This document shows positions 1 to 11,940 of a stretch of DNA of 64,000 nucleotides, one piece after another. This stretch comes from Eledone cirrhosa. Taxonomy: Eukaryota. The translations under genes and the position numbers were made by a program. The stretch lies in contig OZ024743.1 of NCBI GenBank assembly GCA_964016885.1, forward strand, positions 320,168,001 to 320,232,000, in the 5' to 3' direction. Position 1 is the first letter of the stretch, and every line of letters begins with the position of its first letter. The notes below the pieces were generated by a model, which saw nothing but the letters and a program-made list of their open reading frames with translations, was not told where the DNA came from and made no database searches.

Positions 1-1116
1 TCTATGATTTGACCTGCTCAGGTTGTCGAGAGCACTAAATAGGACAGACAAAAAACAGCCTCCGACAACGTTTGACCGTCCATAGATCACAAATCAAAAT
101 ACAGGAATACAGAAAGATTGCTTTTAGTGAACATATCGCCAATTGTACACCTAACCAACATCGAAACTTTAAAATTTTCCCCATTTACAAATTCATAGAC
201 AACGCTTCTTTCATCCATCGTACCAATAAGGAAACGTACTTCATTAACAAATTCCAACCTCTACTTAATGGACTAAACTTCGGACTAAACCAAAATTGGA
301 ACGAACAATGAACCAAAGCCCAATTCCTATGTTCTCTAAAGAGTTACCTCCCTAACACCCTACCTAATCCTTTTTCTTATATATATGAATTACCCCGTCT
401 CATTTCTCTCTCCCCTGCCTGACCACCCTGAATTACCCCCTCTCCCCTGTATATTAACTCTCTAAAAAGGGAAATCATATCAAACCCCAGACTGCTATTT
501 TTCTCCATTATGGACCAACCAAGCGCTCTTGCCATAATAACACATTTTGAACTGCTTATTCTGAAAACTATGCCTGTAAATAATATTCCTTCTTTCCCAT
601 TACCTTATTATGTTCCACATCACCCCCCTTTTTTTTCTTTTTTCTTTTTTCTTTTTTCTTTTTTCTTTTTTCTTTTTTCTTTTTTCTTTTTTTCTTTTTT
701 CTTTTTTCTTTTTTCTTTTTTCTTTTTACTTCAAAAACCTTGTTTGTAAATAATATTATTCTTTCTTTCCCATTTATTTAACATGTTCAACATCACGTTA
801 TTTTCTCTCCAACATTTTATACCAATACAAATTGCCCCCTTTGATAATGCATAAAATGCTGAAACTTGTAATAGACAATTATTAAATATATAAATAAATA
901 AATAAATAAATGCCATTGTTAATTAATTAATTAATTAACTAATACCTTAACACTTCACACAAAGTAAAATATTTTGTTTTAAACATTTTCTAACCCAGAA
1001 AAAAAGAGAAAAGAATAAAAGGAAAAATATATATTTTTCTTCCTAATAATCGTCTTTTTCTCCCTATTTTCATATATATATATATTCCAACTCGTGTGCT
1101 CCTTCTCCACATTTTA

Positions 1117-1120
<4 letters not shown>
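1..1120 (+). mobile_element. Penelope-like retroelement 3' remnant (GIY-YIG C-terminus plus pLTR/3' region)
   Basis: ORF 72-311 ends ...HIANC...FKIFPIYKF...KETYFINKFQPLLN, resembling the GIY-YIG C-terminal E..FI....P.LN motif. A degenerate hammerhead core follows at 841-870. The element ends caactcgtgtg...cacatt into (TA)n. Boundaries approximate. Confidence 0.7.
628..729. repeat. T-rich (TTTTTC)n-like microsatellite
   Basis: Directly visible; produces the spurious poly-Phe ORF 510-749. Confidence 0.9.
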
Positions 1121-1199
<79 letters not shown>

Positions 1200-1268
1200 T
1201 ATGAAGAGAGAAGAAACATTTAGATATAATTAGTAATAAAATGTATCATACCTAAACTGTTCCTAAAT

Positions 1269-1356
1269 TCCTCGACTACGTAGTTTCGTGGCATAAACAA
1301 AAACAATATATCAAAGATATAGAGTCCTTGCGAGGTCTGCCGACTTATCAAGAGGA
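1269..1356 (-). ncRNA. Type I hammerhead ribozyme motif with U3-A8 core variant
   Basis: Minus strand reads TCCTC-TTGATAA-GT(C)GGCA..long loop..TGCCAC-GAAA-CTACGTAG-TC-GAGGA. Stem I TCCTC/GAGGA, stem II GT-GGCA/TGCC-AC, palindromic stem-loop III, GUC cleavage triplet. Confidence 0.75.
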
Positions 1357-1725
1357 TACCTCATTTTACTAGTCTCAAGAACGCGTCTACACGACGTGAG
1401 AAAGAATCCCAAAAGGCGGAGGGGGAGATAGTCACGCGATATAACGGTCGAGAAACAGAGCTAAGCCTCTTATAACCACGAAGAAAATACCACGGAGGCG
1501 GAGGGGGTATTCATATCGAGGCCGTAGAAGAGGTAGTGAAGAAGGCGAGAAGTATGAGTAATGGAAGCTTTCCAGTTGTCCCCACACTTCAAAGATTGCT
1601 CGACCAGAGGGAGTTATTAATATATATATATATATAATGAAAAATTGAACAGGGACAGAACAGAGAGGCAGTACGATAAATGTTTATTAAATTCACGCTC
1701 AGGAGAGTGGGGGGTAGGTGGGGGA

Positions 1726-1780
<55 letters not shown>

Positions 1781-2419
1781 TATAGAATTAAATGATAATT
1801 GTGAAATAAGCTCAAGAGCACAGTTATACCTGTGTTCTCGGCATTGGCATAAAAGTCAAATCTATCATTAACTTATTTTGCACAATAGCTTGCTAGTGGA
1901 ATTTTCAGTGGGAGAGTATATTACTTGCATGGCTACGCGCGTGCCTGGGAGTAGGCCAGGTCATGTGTGTCTTTCAGCTATGTATTTCAACTAATACGTC
2001 TCTTCCCCCTGAAAAACCTGCTCTATCACATTTAAGTCATTGAGCTATTTCTTCTACTCTGAGATACATACAATTATTTGTCTCTCTGTTAAAATGCAGA
2101 GAAACAGTAATTAAACTTTTCGAAGCAAGCAACACCGTGCTTCCTAAATCACAATATATGATATATTATAAACATTAAAACAAAGATCAGTCATATTTTA
2201 AGTAACGGAGACAATTTCATCCGAAAGTTGAATATCAGGTTTTCAGAAAATATTTGTTTCACAAATTTACTGAGAATCTAACCGCTGAGATTCTGTACTC
2301 CCTCAAATATACAATACTAACAGGAGCACCACCTACAGGGAGCATTTATGGTAATATATGATAACGGCAAAGTGGGGAATTTGATATTGATTAGAATGAC
2401 TAAATCTCTGAAGGTCTGA

Positions 2420-3820
2420 ATCTCTGAAAAAGTACATAAGCAATGGCAATTTGGAGTGATAATCCCAATCTTCAAAAAGGCAGACAAGAGAAATTGCTCT
2501 AATTATAGAGATCTTCTTGTAACGTCTATGCTAAGTGTCTGGCAAAGAGATGTAGGGAGATTGTCAGTCCAATCTATCTGATAAACAATTTGGTTCTCGC
2601 TTCGGACGCAGCAGAACTGACAAAATATTTGCAACGCGACAGCTCTTTGAGAAATCGTGAGAGTACTGCCAAGAGGTGTATTCTTGCTTTGTAGAACTCG
2701 AAAAGGAAAATGATTGTGTTCCACGGGACCTGTCGTGGAAGGTTCTGCAGGTGTATGGGATTGATGGTCAGCTTCTTGTTGCTCGGATATCTCTATATGT
2801 TTGCTCGAGTATTTGTGTTCGGATAAATGGTGCTAAATTGAAACCATTCAATGTAGGAGTCGGACTCCACCAAGGTTGCGTACTATCACCTGATCTGTTC
2901 ATTAATGTCAAGTACAGGATTGATATGCCCAGTCGGGTTGGGAGTAGTATCACGCCTGGCGGATGTAAAATCAGTCGGCTGGAAGTTGCAGACGACATGT
3001 TATTACTTAACACGACAGTAGGCGATCTTCGTCGTGCCCTTGATAGGGTTGATGCCAAGTGCTGCATGGCTGGAATGAAAATCAGTGCTGCGAAAACTGA
3101 GACCCCCGTCCTCACAAGGAAGCCTCCGCAGTGCACTCTACATGTGAATGGAGTTCCACTGAAGTAGGTGGAGAATTTCAAGTATCTTGGGGCCGTGATC
3201 ACGAGTGATGGAAGATAAGGGGTGGAATTAAGTGCCAGAATTGCAGGAGCTGGTGAAGTAATGCATCAGTTTCATCATACAGCAATCAGAAGAAGGGAGT
3301 AGACAAATTCGCTACCTTAAATTCGGTATCCATGCCAACCGATATGTGTGTCATGAATCTTGAGTAATGACAGAAGGAATACGATCGCTAATACAAGGGG
3401 CCGAAATGGGATTCCTCGGAAGGATCTTCGGAATAACGTTACGCGATATAGTGTCTAGCACGGTGATCAGAAAGTCAACCTAGGTAGAGCCGATACTTCT
3501 CTGAATTGAGAGTTCACAGCTCCGATACTATGGGCCTGTGGTTATACTGTCTCAGAAAAGAATGGTTGAAGCGATTTTACAGGCAAACCCAATCGCTAGG
3601 AGACCCAGTGGCAGACCCCGAGCAAGGTGGTTGAATAACATCCATCAGGTTGACTGGTTACGATTGGGGATCAAGTTGAACCAGTTGGAGACGGTTGCTT
3701 CTGACAGGACGCGCTGGAAGGAGTGTTTGAGTACACTTCCCCCACTGTCGTCTAAAGAAGAAGAAGAAGAAGAAGAAGAAGAAGAAGAAGAAGAAGAAGA
3801 AGAAGAAGAAGAAGAAGAAG

Positions 3821-3850
<30 letters not shown>
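2420..3850 (+). mobile_element. Degenerate 5'-truncated RTE-clade LINE with (GAA)n tail
   Basis: RT motifs GLHQGCVLSP, ADD and FKYLG, C-terminal RPSGRPRARW, several stops and frameshifts. Ends in (GAA)n at about 3757-3850. Confidence 0.85.
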
Positions 3851-3851
<1 letters not shown>

Positions 3852-4614
3852 TAATAGGCTATAATCAACGATATCAGAATTGGTTAGATACAATTGTAGA
3901 CTGTAGACTTCTATGCTTCGGTTTCGAAAAAGCTATTAAACAAAGTATTACATTTCGCAGACGGTATTGCATTAGAGATGATAGCAAGTTAAGAGTAATG
4001 ACGCACGTCAGAAGAACATTTACCTTACAAAAAAGAACTGCACTTGGGTTAATATAAACCCAACCTGTGGATTATGCGCCTGAATTGATTTATATTAGAT
4101 AACCTTTAGAAAACCCAACGAAAAACATATATATATGCAATTAAAATGTTGACTACTGATTACACTACTATCTAATGGATCGTGTAGAAGTGCAGAGCTT
4201 CTATGAACGGTAGCAGGAAATTTAGACTCTCTCAGTTGAGAGGAGACAAAAACTGAAAAGCTCTCTATAATCAGACAATTATTTAAACAAGAGCCATACA
4301 TGCAGCATATGTCCACACTGCGACACATATATTTTACAATTTTGCTCACTACTGAAGAGGTATTGAAACTAGAACCTTCGCTAATGTTGTTTATCAGATC
4401 ATTTTCTTATACTTTAATTTTCTTTAAATACCCTTAATTTACACACCCTTTTGATTTTCTCCATTCTCCCTGTGCTATAATAAAAGCAGCTCAACCAAAG
4501 TCCCTTGTTAACTTTTACTTCTAAGCTTGATAAATCGAATCATCTCTCTTTATTTACTAAAGATGTATTAATTATCCATAGCATGAATGTTGACTTAATT
4601 AGTTTATAAACTAA

Positions 4615-5598
4615 CTAGCAGTAAAGCCCGGCGTTGCTCGGGGTCGCTCAGTAGCTGTGTTAAAGTTACAATGTTAAGTTTCTTTCTTGGCTTAAAAACT
4701 GTAGTGTCTACTGTGCAGACTTGCATGTGGTGTTTTTGATTAATATTCCCTCAACCAACAATATGCCTTATGAAGTTAAGAAAACATAACGATAACCCGA
4801 ATGTTATAACAAAAGAGGATGCTGGGGATAGAAACTGCACTGGTTATTTATTAACAAAGATCGAAAATGTAAACACTGCAACGCAGAGAAAAACATTAGC
4901 GTAACCAAATTATCAGTTATGTCTGTCTGCACGCCTATATCATCTCTCTGCACGACTGTCTGTCTGCACGCCTATATCACCTCTCTGCACGACTGTCTGT
5001 CTGCACACCTATATCACCTCTCTGCACGACTGTCTGTCTGCACGCCTATATCACCTCTCTGCACGACTGTCTGTCTGCACGCGTATATCACCTCTCTGCA
5101 CGACTGTCTGTCTGAACGACTGTCTGTCTGCACGCCTAACGACAAAATATTTGCTTGTTTTACGTAGTCTTTAAATAGACTTGTTTTCAAGTAAAAATAT
5201 TGTTTTAAAATGCTTTTAAATGGAAATGAAGCAAAACGGAAGCTTAGTGTTCGAACTGATGAATTTTGCAGGTCAATATTTTGCTGGCTCGACAACTGTT
5301 CGTGTATTGTGTTAATGTCATTTTAAACTCTGAGAAAGCCAGCGTAATTTTTTACGTAAGACGCTCAATGTAAACAGAACAAAGGGAAATAACTGATAAC
5401 TTACGCTCAAAAATCGATACATTATATTCGATTTCGTCACATAGGGTGGGTCAATTTGAAATATTTTTTTCCGATGTCTTCGCTAGGGCTCAATGTACAA
5501 GTATAGCAATTTCGGTGCAATTCCGTCAGAGATTCTAAGAGGAGATGTGTGCCAAAAATCGATAGACAGACAGACAACCACAGTTTTATATATATAGA
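4615..5598 (-). mobile_element. Non-autonomous Helitron-like element (~984 bp)
   Basis: Minus strand starts A|TCTATATATATAAAA (5598) and ends with the hairpin CCCGAGC-AAC-GCCGGG shortly before CTAG|T (4615). Inserted between A and T with no TSD; has subterminal (CAGA)n and an internal minisatellite. Confidence 0.8.
4920..5137. repeat. 37-bp minisatellite, ~5.5 copies, inside the Helitron-like element
   Basis: Unit tgtctgtctgcacgcctatatcacctctctgcacgac; 37-bp period seen directly. Confidence 0.92.
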
Positions 5599-6089
5599 TG
5601 TTAATTGAAATTAGAAGAATTAATGTACTATATTAACTTGTATATAATTTGTTCTTAATTTAACTCAATTTAATTTCTATTATTAAATTGTAATTATTTT
5701 TATCATGCAAGTTCTCATGACGTTCATAGTAGAGAATGCATTACTAGATTAGATGTCTAATGAGGCCTCTCCGCTTGTATTTAAATCGGGATTGCCGTTC
5801 CTTCTAATCACTACTATGGATGTCAGGGGCTTAGTGCCTACAGGAATGCCAACTGAAATGTCAAACAATGTCTGGCGATGTAATTTAAATCTGTGCACTG
5901 TGATATTGTTTGAAAGATTGCAGATTTTAAACAGTTGTCTGCAATGAAAGTGGGTTTACGACAACTAACAAATATCTTTGAGCTAACAAGAAACCGATCC
6001 ATCGAACTTTCAAATTTCGGTTATTTTATATTGCAATGGTATCTTATGTCTTGTCTGATATCAATGAGGCTCTCTCTCTCTATATATAT

Positions 6090-7480
6090 ATAGAGAGAGA
6101 AGTGTTTACACAGCAGTTAGTTCACCATACCGAGAACAATTGTTTCACCTTCGCGGATCTTCAGCTCGGGATGTGTATGGTTATAGGAACAGGAAGGACA
6201 ACCGTACGAACGCGCATGCGCAGAAAATCGGTCACTTCACACAGGCAATACTAGACTGCGTGCGGGAGGTGTAGGGAGAAAACTGCGAAAGTCCGGAAAG
6301 TTTTTAGGTTGAAAATAAAATAAAAAGAATTAAAAATAAAATTACAAATAATCAGTCCGGAGCCTTGTAGTTATGCAATAGTTGTTTGGTGACGTGTGGA
6401 CAACGTGTGAACAATTCACTTCTCGTGTTTAGGCAATCACTATTGCGTAATCTCTTTAGGATAGTTATTCGTTCGTCAATACATAAGCCACACGTCGGAT
6501 TTCCCCTTGCGTATTGCTTGGACTTAGTGATGGCTTTCCATTGAATGGAGTACCCTATACTTGAGACCTTGAGGGACCATACGTGGCTCGCGAGTTTCGT
6601 GGATGAACGTCTGTCCGGGTATCTGAAGGTAGACTGGTGGTTCAGGAAACGCTCCTTGAATCGGCCCTCCACCATGCTCACATAGGATTTGACCTCCTGT
6701 GGTTCGTTTGGTCGGTTGGAAGTGACCACAGCTTCATAGATTACAGCTGGTGTGTTGCATTGCTGTTGAAGGGGGAAAGCTTCAGACTTACGGCAAGAGC
6801 ACCCTGGTGGCGTGTTGCTCCTAAGGCTGCTGTTGATGTGGGCCGTCATGTTCTTAGCGCAGGAGTATCCTAGTTTAACTTTGTGACGGTTAAAGATGGA
6901 GCGGTATTTATGACCTATGGGGAAGTGTCTATCTACGAGGGCTAGAAATGTTTTTCCTACATTGGTTTTAACATTGAGTGAGAAGGGAGGAGAGAACCAG
7001 ATAGTTTGTCTATTGATGCGCTTACTTTTCTTATTGCTGTTGATGATAGTGGGAGAGTAATGATAGGTTGTGAGAAGCCGCTGTTAGCCAACGCCGTGTT
7101 ATAGTAGGGTGCTGCCCTGTCAAAGATAGCCTTATTAGAGGAGAGGTTTGAGATTCTAGTACTGATATTCTTAACGAAGTTTCTAAAAACAGTGGAAGGG
7201 TGGCATGAGTCCTTGTGAATGTAATTAAGTTTCTCGTTTAGCTTATGGAAGGGTCTGTGGCTGTGTGTGCCAATGTCTAAATTAATGTCTAAGAAATCTA
7301 CGCTAGAGAGGTTGGTAGCTACTGTTATCCTAAGGCCTAACTCATTGAAGGTAGAAGCTAAGTCTTTTTTAAACCGGTTGAGGTTGTGACCACTTTTATG
7401 GCTCGATAAAGTCAGTCCATCGTCGCGGTATATTCCCGTGTGTAAGTCCGGGAATCTAACACGTAATATGTCTAAGATAA
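6090..7480 (-). mobile_element. 5'-truncated Penelope-like element (RT C-terminal part, GIY-YIG endonuclease, 3' pLTR)
   Basis: GIYRDDG, VDFLDINL and HKDSCHP in ORF 6957-7742. After a frameshift come CSCRK..PLQQQC, VIYEAVV..SYV..EGRFKERFLNH, CGLCIDE and LNTRSELFTRCPH in ORF 6352-6849. Truncated into (TA)n. Confidence 0.9.
6125..6180 (-). ncRNA. Minimal type I hammerhead ribozyme in Penelope pLTR (canonical core)
   Basis: Minus strand reads CCATAC-ACATC-CCGAG-CTGAAGA-TCC-GCGAA-GGT-GAAA-CAATTG-TT-CTCGG-TATGG. Core CUGANGA/GAAA, stem I CCGAG/CTCGG extended by CCATA/TATGG, palindromic loop III, GUU triplet. Confidence 0.8.
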
Positions 7481-7525
7481 AAATATATATGAGTAAATAA
7501 ATATATATATATACATATATATATA

Positions 7526-7638
<113 letters not shown>

Positions 7639-8438
7639 GTATTATCCCACATATATATATTGTCTCCTAACATTATACTTTCATGATGAAGGACAAACGT
7701 CGAATACATTAGGACATTCGATTTCCCACAAGTATAACACAAATTAAACCTTATTTAATTATTTATGCAGTTGACTTCTTTGTATAGCTATGACTTCGAA
7801 CGAATGAAACATTTCTAGTTCTATAAATATCATTTCTACGGGAAATAAATCTTCCTCTGTTTCTTAACGAAATAGCTTTGTTCTACTCCGAATTACTGAC
7901 ACTTCCTTATCACACACGCTGTTTAGTATACGGTGAAACCATAATTGTCTCACTCGGCACAATTGAAGCTAGTTTTCAACACATTGCAATGAAACATAAG
8001 TCACGCAAACAGATAAAACGAAATTGATTCCTAAATCAAGAGTAACAGGTAGAAAAAAATGATTAGGACGTCAGATATATTGGTTTCTGAAATATGCTAA
8101 GCTTCACTGCTCCCTCTAAAACACATTGATAACCAATCAATTAATTATGGAGCTGGTAACGTATACACCCAGCCCTCATACATACACAATCATACATATA
8201 CATGTATGAATGTGTGTATGTATCTATATAAATATAGTTTGTATATATATATATATAAGCAAAGAGTTATTTAATTTGTAGCATAATTAAATAACACTTT
8301 GCTTATATATATATATATGCAAACTATATATGCAAAGTTAGTTCCCACGTATTTCATTTTTACTGCACTTTAGACAACAGCTGTACTACATATAACGCGT
8401 GTTACATTTTTGTATATTGATTTTTCTATTTAGAATGT

Positions 8439-8446
8439 TATATAAG
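8439..8446 (+). promoter_or_regulatory. Possible TATA box of the secreted vWA-EGF gene
   Basis: TATATAAG 45 bp upstream of ATG 8484. Weak evidence in AT-rich DNA; a ttag acceptor at 8433 is an alternative reading. Confidence 0.25.
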
Positions 8447-8483
8447 GTCTCAAATTTTATAATTGGCACCACAAATCGCCAAG

Positions 8484-8514
8484 ATGAAGTTTTCGGTTAT
8501 TGCGGCTCTTGCTG
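8484..8514 (+). CDS. Coding exon 1 of secreted vWA/EGF-repeat protein (signal peptide N-part, MKFSVIAALA-G)
   Basis: aagATG context, then ATG AAG TTT TCG GTT ATT GCG GCT CTT GCT G|gtattt; phase 1 donor. Joins exon 2 to form a typical signal peptide. Confidence 0.75.
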
Positions 8515-8788
8515 GTATTTATCACTGTTTACTATTTCTTGGATAATAACATTTCTGTTTTGTCTTATTAATAGATACCATACTTATAAGTAAGCATGAA
8601 GAACCAAGAGAAAACACCATCTCTAACACTACGTTACGATCTTCGCATCTCAAAAAATGTATTAGATTTATAGCAACAATAATTAAATCGCCCAAAATAT
8701 ATTAATCAATGCAGTATTATTTCCATCAAGAAAGTAATATGGTTACTTCAGATGATATATTTCATCTAATACATTTTTATCATTGCAG

Positions 8789-8833
8789 GTGTTCTAACTT
8801 TATGCCTGAGCGTAGCAGGAAGACCTGATCCAT
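8789..8833 (+). CDS. Coding exon 2 (45 nt, GVLTLCLSVAGRPDP; end of signal peptide)
   Basis: ttttatcattgcag|GT...CCAT|gtaagt; strong splice sites, phase 1-1, open frame. Confidence 0.8.
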
Positions 8834-8882
8834 GTAAGTAAAATTTAATAAACCTTTAAATTTTCTTTCTTCCTCTATCTCT

Positions 8883-8961
<79 letters not shown>

Positions 8962-9354
8962 ATATATATATAACACATTATACATATAACACACACATAT
9001 ATATATAACATATATATATATGACATATATATATAACATATATATATATGACATATATATATAACATATATATATATGACATATATATATATACAACACA
9101 TTATACATATAATACAACACATTAACCGCAGTCATGCATGTTTATGTATGTATGAATAAATTTATTGAATAACCAACAAATTAAATAACTCTTTGCTTAT
9201 ATATATATATATGCAAACTATATTTATATAGATACATACACACAATCATACATGTATATGTATGATTGTGTATGTATAATTGTGTGTCTATATAAATATA
9301 GTTTGCATTTTATTAAAAGAGGAGAATGGTTCCACCTGCATCAAAGATAATTAT

Positions 9355-9510
9355 TTCTACTTTTGGCACAAGGCCAGCAATTGTCTCAGTGCATTACTGG
9401 TACTTTATTTTATGTACCAGGTAAGGATGAAAGGCAAAGTTAACCTCAGCGGGATTTGAACTCAGATCGTAAAGGGGCGTAACTCTATGCTACAAAGATA
9501 CTGCCAACCC
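9355..9510 (-). mobile_element. tRNA-derived SINE copy (octopus-type family)
   Basis: ggatgaaaggcaaagttaacctcagcgggatttgaactcaga; homologous to the copies at 11616-11795 (+) and 16075-16249 (-). Confidence 0.75.
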
Positions 9511-10278
9511 ACCCATCTTCATCAAAGATAATAAAACCTTATAGAAGCATAGATATGGACAAACTGGTGACACAATGACATACAGATGATACAGAAACAA
9601 GAAATTCGTAGCTATTGACTGTACGGATGAATTTAAACAGTTTTGACTGCTGATTCATCCGGGATCGCAGTATCAAACAAGATAATTAAACAGAACCCTG
9701 GAGTATTTTACCCGACAAGGGCGATTTGAAACTAGAATACTGAATTTGAACATGAATGATAATGTAATCAGATAAAGCAGAACGTACCTGAAATTAAATT
9801 TCAAGAGAAAATTACATATATAATGAAAATGTTCAACATTTCAAACAATGAGTGAAGAAGATTTTCAATTAAACCAGAGAGGCAAAACAAGGTAGAGAGT
9901 AGGTGACACACAGACGGAAAATGGTGGGATTGTAGTAAGCAAGTCTGATTGTTGGGGTAGTACCACATGATAGAAGAGGAGATAAGTTGTGGTGAATATA
10001 GTAAAAATTTCCAAAAAGGAAGAGGAGCGAACGGCAGGTGGTATATCACGAGGAAGTTATAGTGAACTGTGTAGTACACATTTACTTTCCAAACATAATG
10101 TTCAGCTTTTTACTTACAATTATTCATACAATACACGATTAACCATATATCTACCCAAACGACTTTACGAATATTACTATTGCTAAGTTATGTGTGCGCG
10201 ATAATTCATTGAATGCGCTTTTACAAATGGCATCGAGGCTTATATATATATTCAATAGAATCACGAGAATGCATCTCA

Positions 10279-10348
<70 letters not shown>

Positions 10349-10350
<2 letters not shown>

Positions 10351-11030
10351 GGTGGCTGCCAACTCGTTTTCGAGTACGGCCACTACTTCATGTCCATGTA
10401 GGAGAACCCTTACCGATGCATTGAACGAGTGTGGCTTTTTAGTCCAGCAAGCGACTTGAAAACTCTGGTACAAACACTACACTTGTGACAATTATTGACA
10501 CCTAGTGCTGGGTCCATAGCACCATGTGATCCAAGGTGTCATGTGAGATCACTACTCGACCTGCATACACTTCCACAAACATCACATGTCGTCGTCTGAT
10601 GAACACTTATAGCTCCACAGGTGCCTGCTTCCCTGTTCTTGTGCACTCTCAGGTGACACTTTAGACCTGCCATGCTCAGACAAACCCTATTACAGGTCTC
10701 ACATGTCAGGGCAGGCCGTCTGTCAGTGCCTTCGGGAAGGCCAATATGGATTCCTTTCCGGACATCTCTTTTTAGTGTCGCGTGCCTTCTTCTTGTTTCT
10801 TCAAATAGACTCTTGCCACTAGCCACTGCTTTCCTCCAATGCGATCGCTCGCTAGCGCATGCTTCCCAGTGCTCACAAGGGATGTTACCTTTCATCAGCG
10901 CCCCCTTGATGCAGTCCTTAAAACGCATCTTGGGTTTGCTCGCGTTCCCTTTTCCCATTTGGAGCTCGCCATAAAGTAGCTCTTCGACATTCGCTTGTCA
11001 TTCATCCTTACAAGATGGCCTGTCCAAATT
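10349..11030 (-). mobile_element. 3' fragment of RTE-like LINE with C-terminal C2H2-type zinc fingers
   Basis: WTGHLVRMNDKRMSK, KPKMRFKDCIK, WEACASERSHWRKAV, CETCNRVCLSMAGLKCHLRVH, CDVCGSVC; frameshifted; ends in (TA)n. Confidence 0.75.
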
Positions 11031-11239
11031 CTTGTTTTGGGTATGTCACTATCTGTAAAACAACTTTTGTATTTTATCTGACGAGGGCGTACCAAATATG
11101 TTGATACCCTTGAAATATATATAATACAATAAATATGGTTTTATAAAGATAGTTTCCATTTATTAATATTATTGATATATATATATACCTAATAAATTTT
11201 ATTTGTACTGCCTCTCTGTTTTTGTTCCCGTCCAAGTTT

Positions 11240-11304
<65 letters not shown>

Positions 11305-11459
11305 GCGGTTTTTTTTTTTTCGCATTTGTACTTATTTTCATCATCCACACATATTTTATCACTATCCTCATAATCACCAGCATCTTCATCGTCATATTCA
11401 TCTTTATAATCTATTTATGAATGTATAGTTTAATAATTTACACATTTATTTTCTTACAG

Positions 11460-11477
11460 TTTTGGGAAACATTTTCA
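11460..11477 (+). CDS. Coding microexon 3 (18 nt, FLGNIF)
   Basis: ttattttcttacag|TTTTGGGAAACATTTTCA|gtaagt; consensus splice sites, phase 1-1, frame-preserving. Confidence 0.65.
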
Positions 11478-11615
11478 GTAAGTGTTTAATCACATTTCTA
11501 ATCTTCTTGAATAAAATATCTAACAAGCAATTAAAACAAAAAAAAAACAACTGATTTACCTATACGTAAAATATTGCCAGCAACTGATTGTTTCCGTTAT
11601 TATTGGGCCTACTTG

Positions 11616-11795
11616 GGCGGTGGATTGGCAGAATCGGCAGAACGTCCCTTTACGTTCTGAGTTCAAATCCTGCTGAGGTTAGCTTTGCCTTTCATCCTTC
11701 CGGTGTTGATAAATAAAGCACCAGTAATGCACTGGGGTCGATTTAATAGACCTTCCCCTCCCCTTTAAATTGCTGGCCTGTGCTAAAAATAGAAA
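11616..11795 (+). mobile_element. tRNA-derived SINE copy (sense orientation)
   Basis: A-box-like tggcagaatcgg, B-box gagttcaaatcc, central gcctttcatccttccgg..gataaa domain, 3' gctggcctgtgc..tagaaac. Confidence 0.8.
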
Positions 11796-11940
11796 CAATT
11801 AATGATATCTATTTACATGTACGCATTTGTATTTTCATATAATACTTACACATTTGGATATAAAATGATGACGGTAATTATTTCTCTTAAAAATTAATAT
11901 TAATGTGTGTGTGTGTGTAAATATATATATATATATATAA

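Noticed and set aside
4351-4380. ctgaagaggt...aacct hammerhead-like start
   Set aside because: No correctly placed GAAA, stem III or NUH follows.
4920-5137. 37-bp repeats as a CRISPR array
   Set aside because: Head-to-tail repeats with no unique spacers, eukaryotic context, no cas genes.
7684-7716. atgatgaaggacaaacgtcgaatacattagg as another hammerhead
   Set aside because: Both core boxes are mutated and stem I is unclear; at most a decayed remnant.
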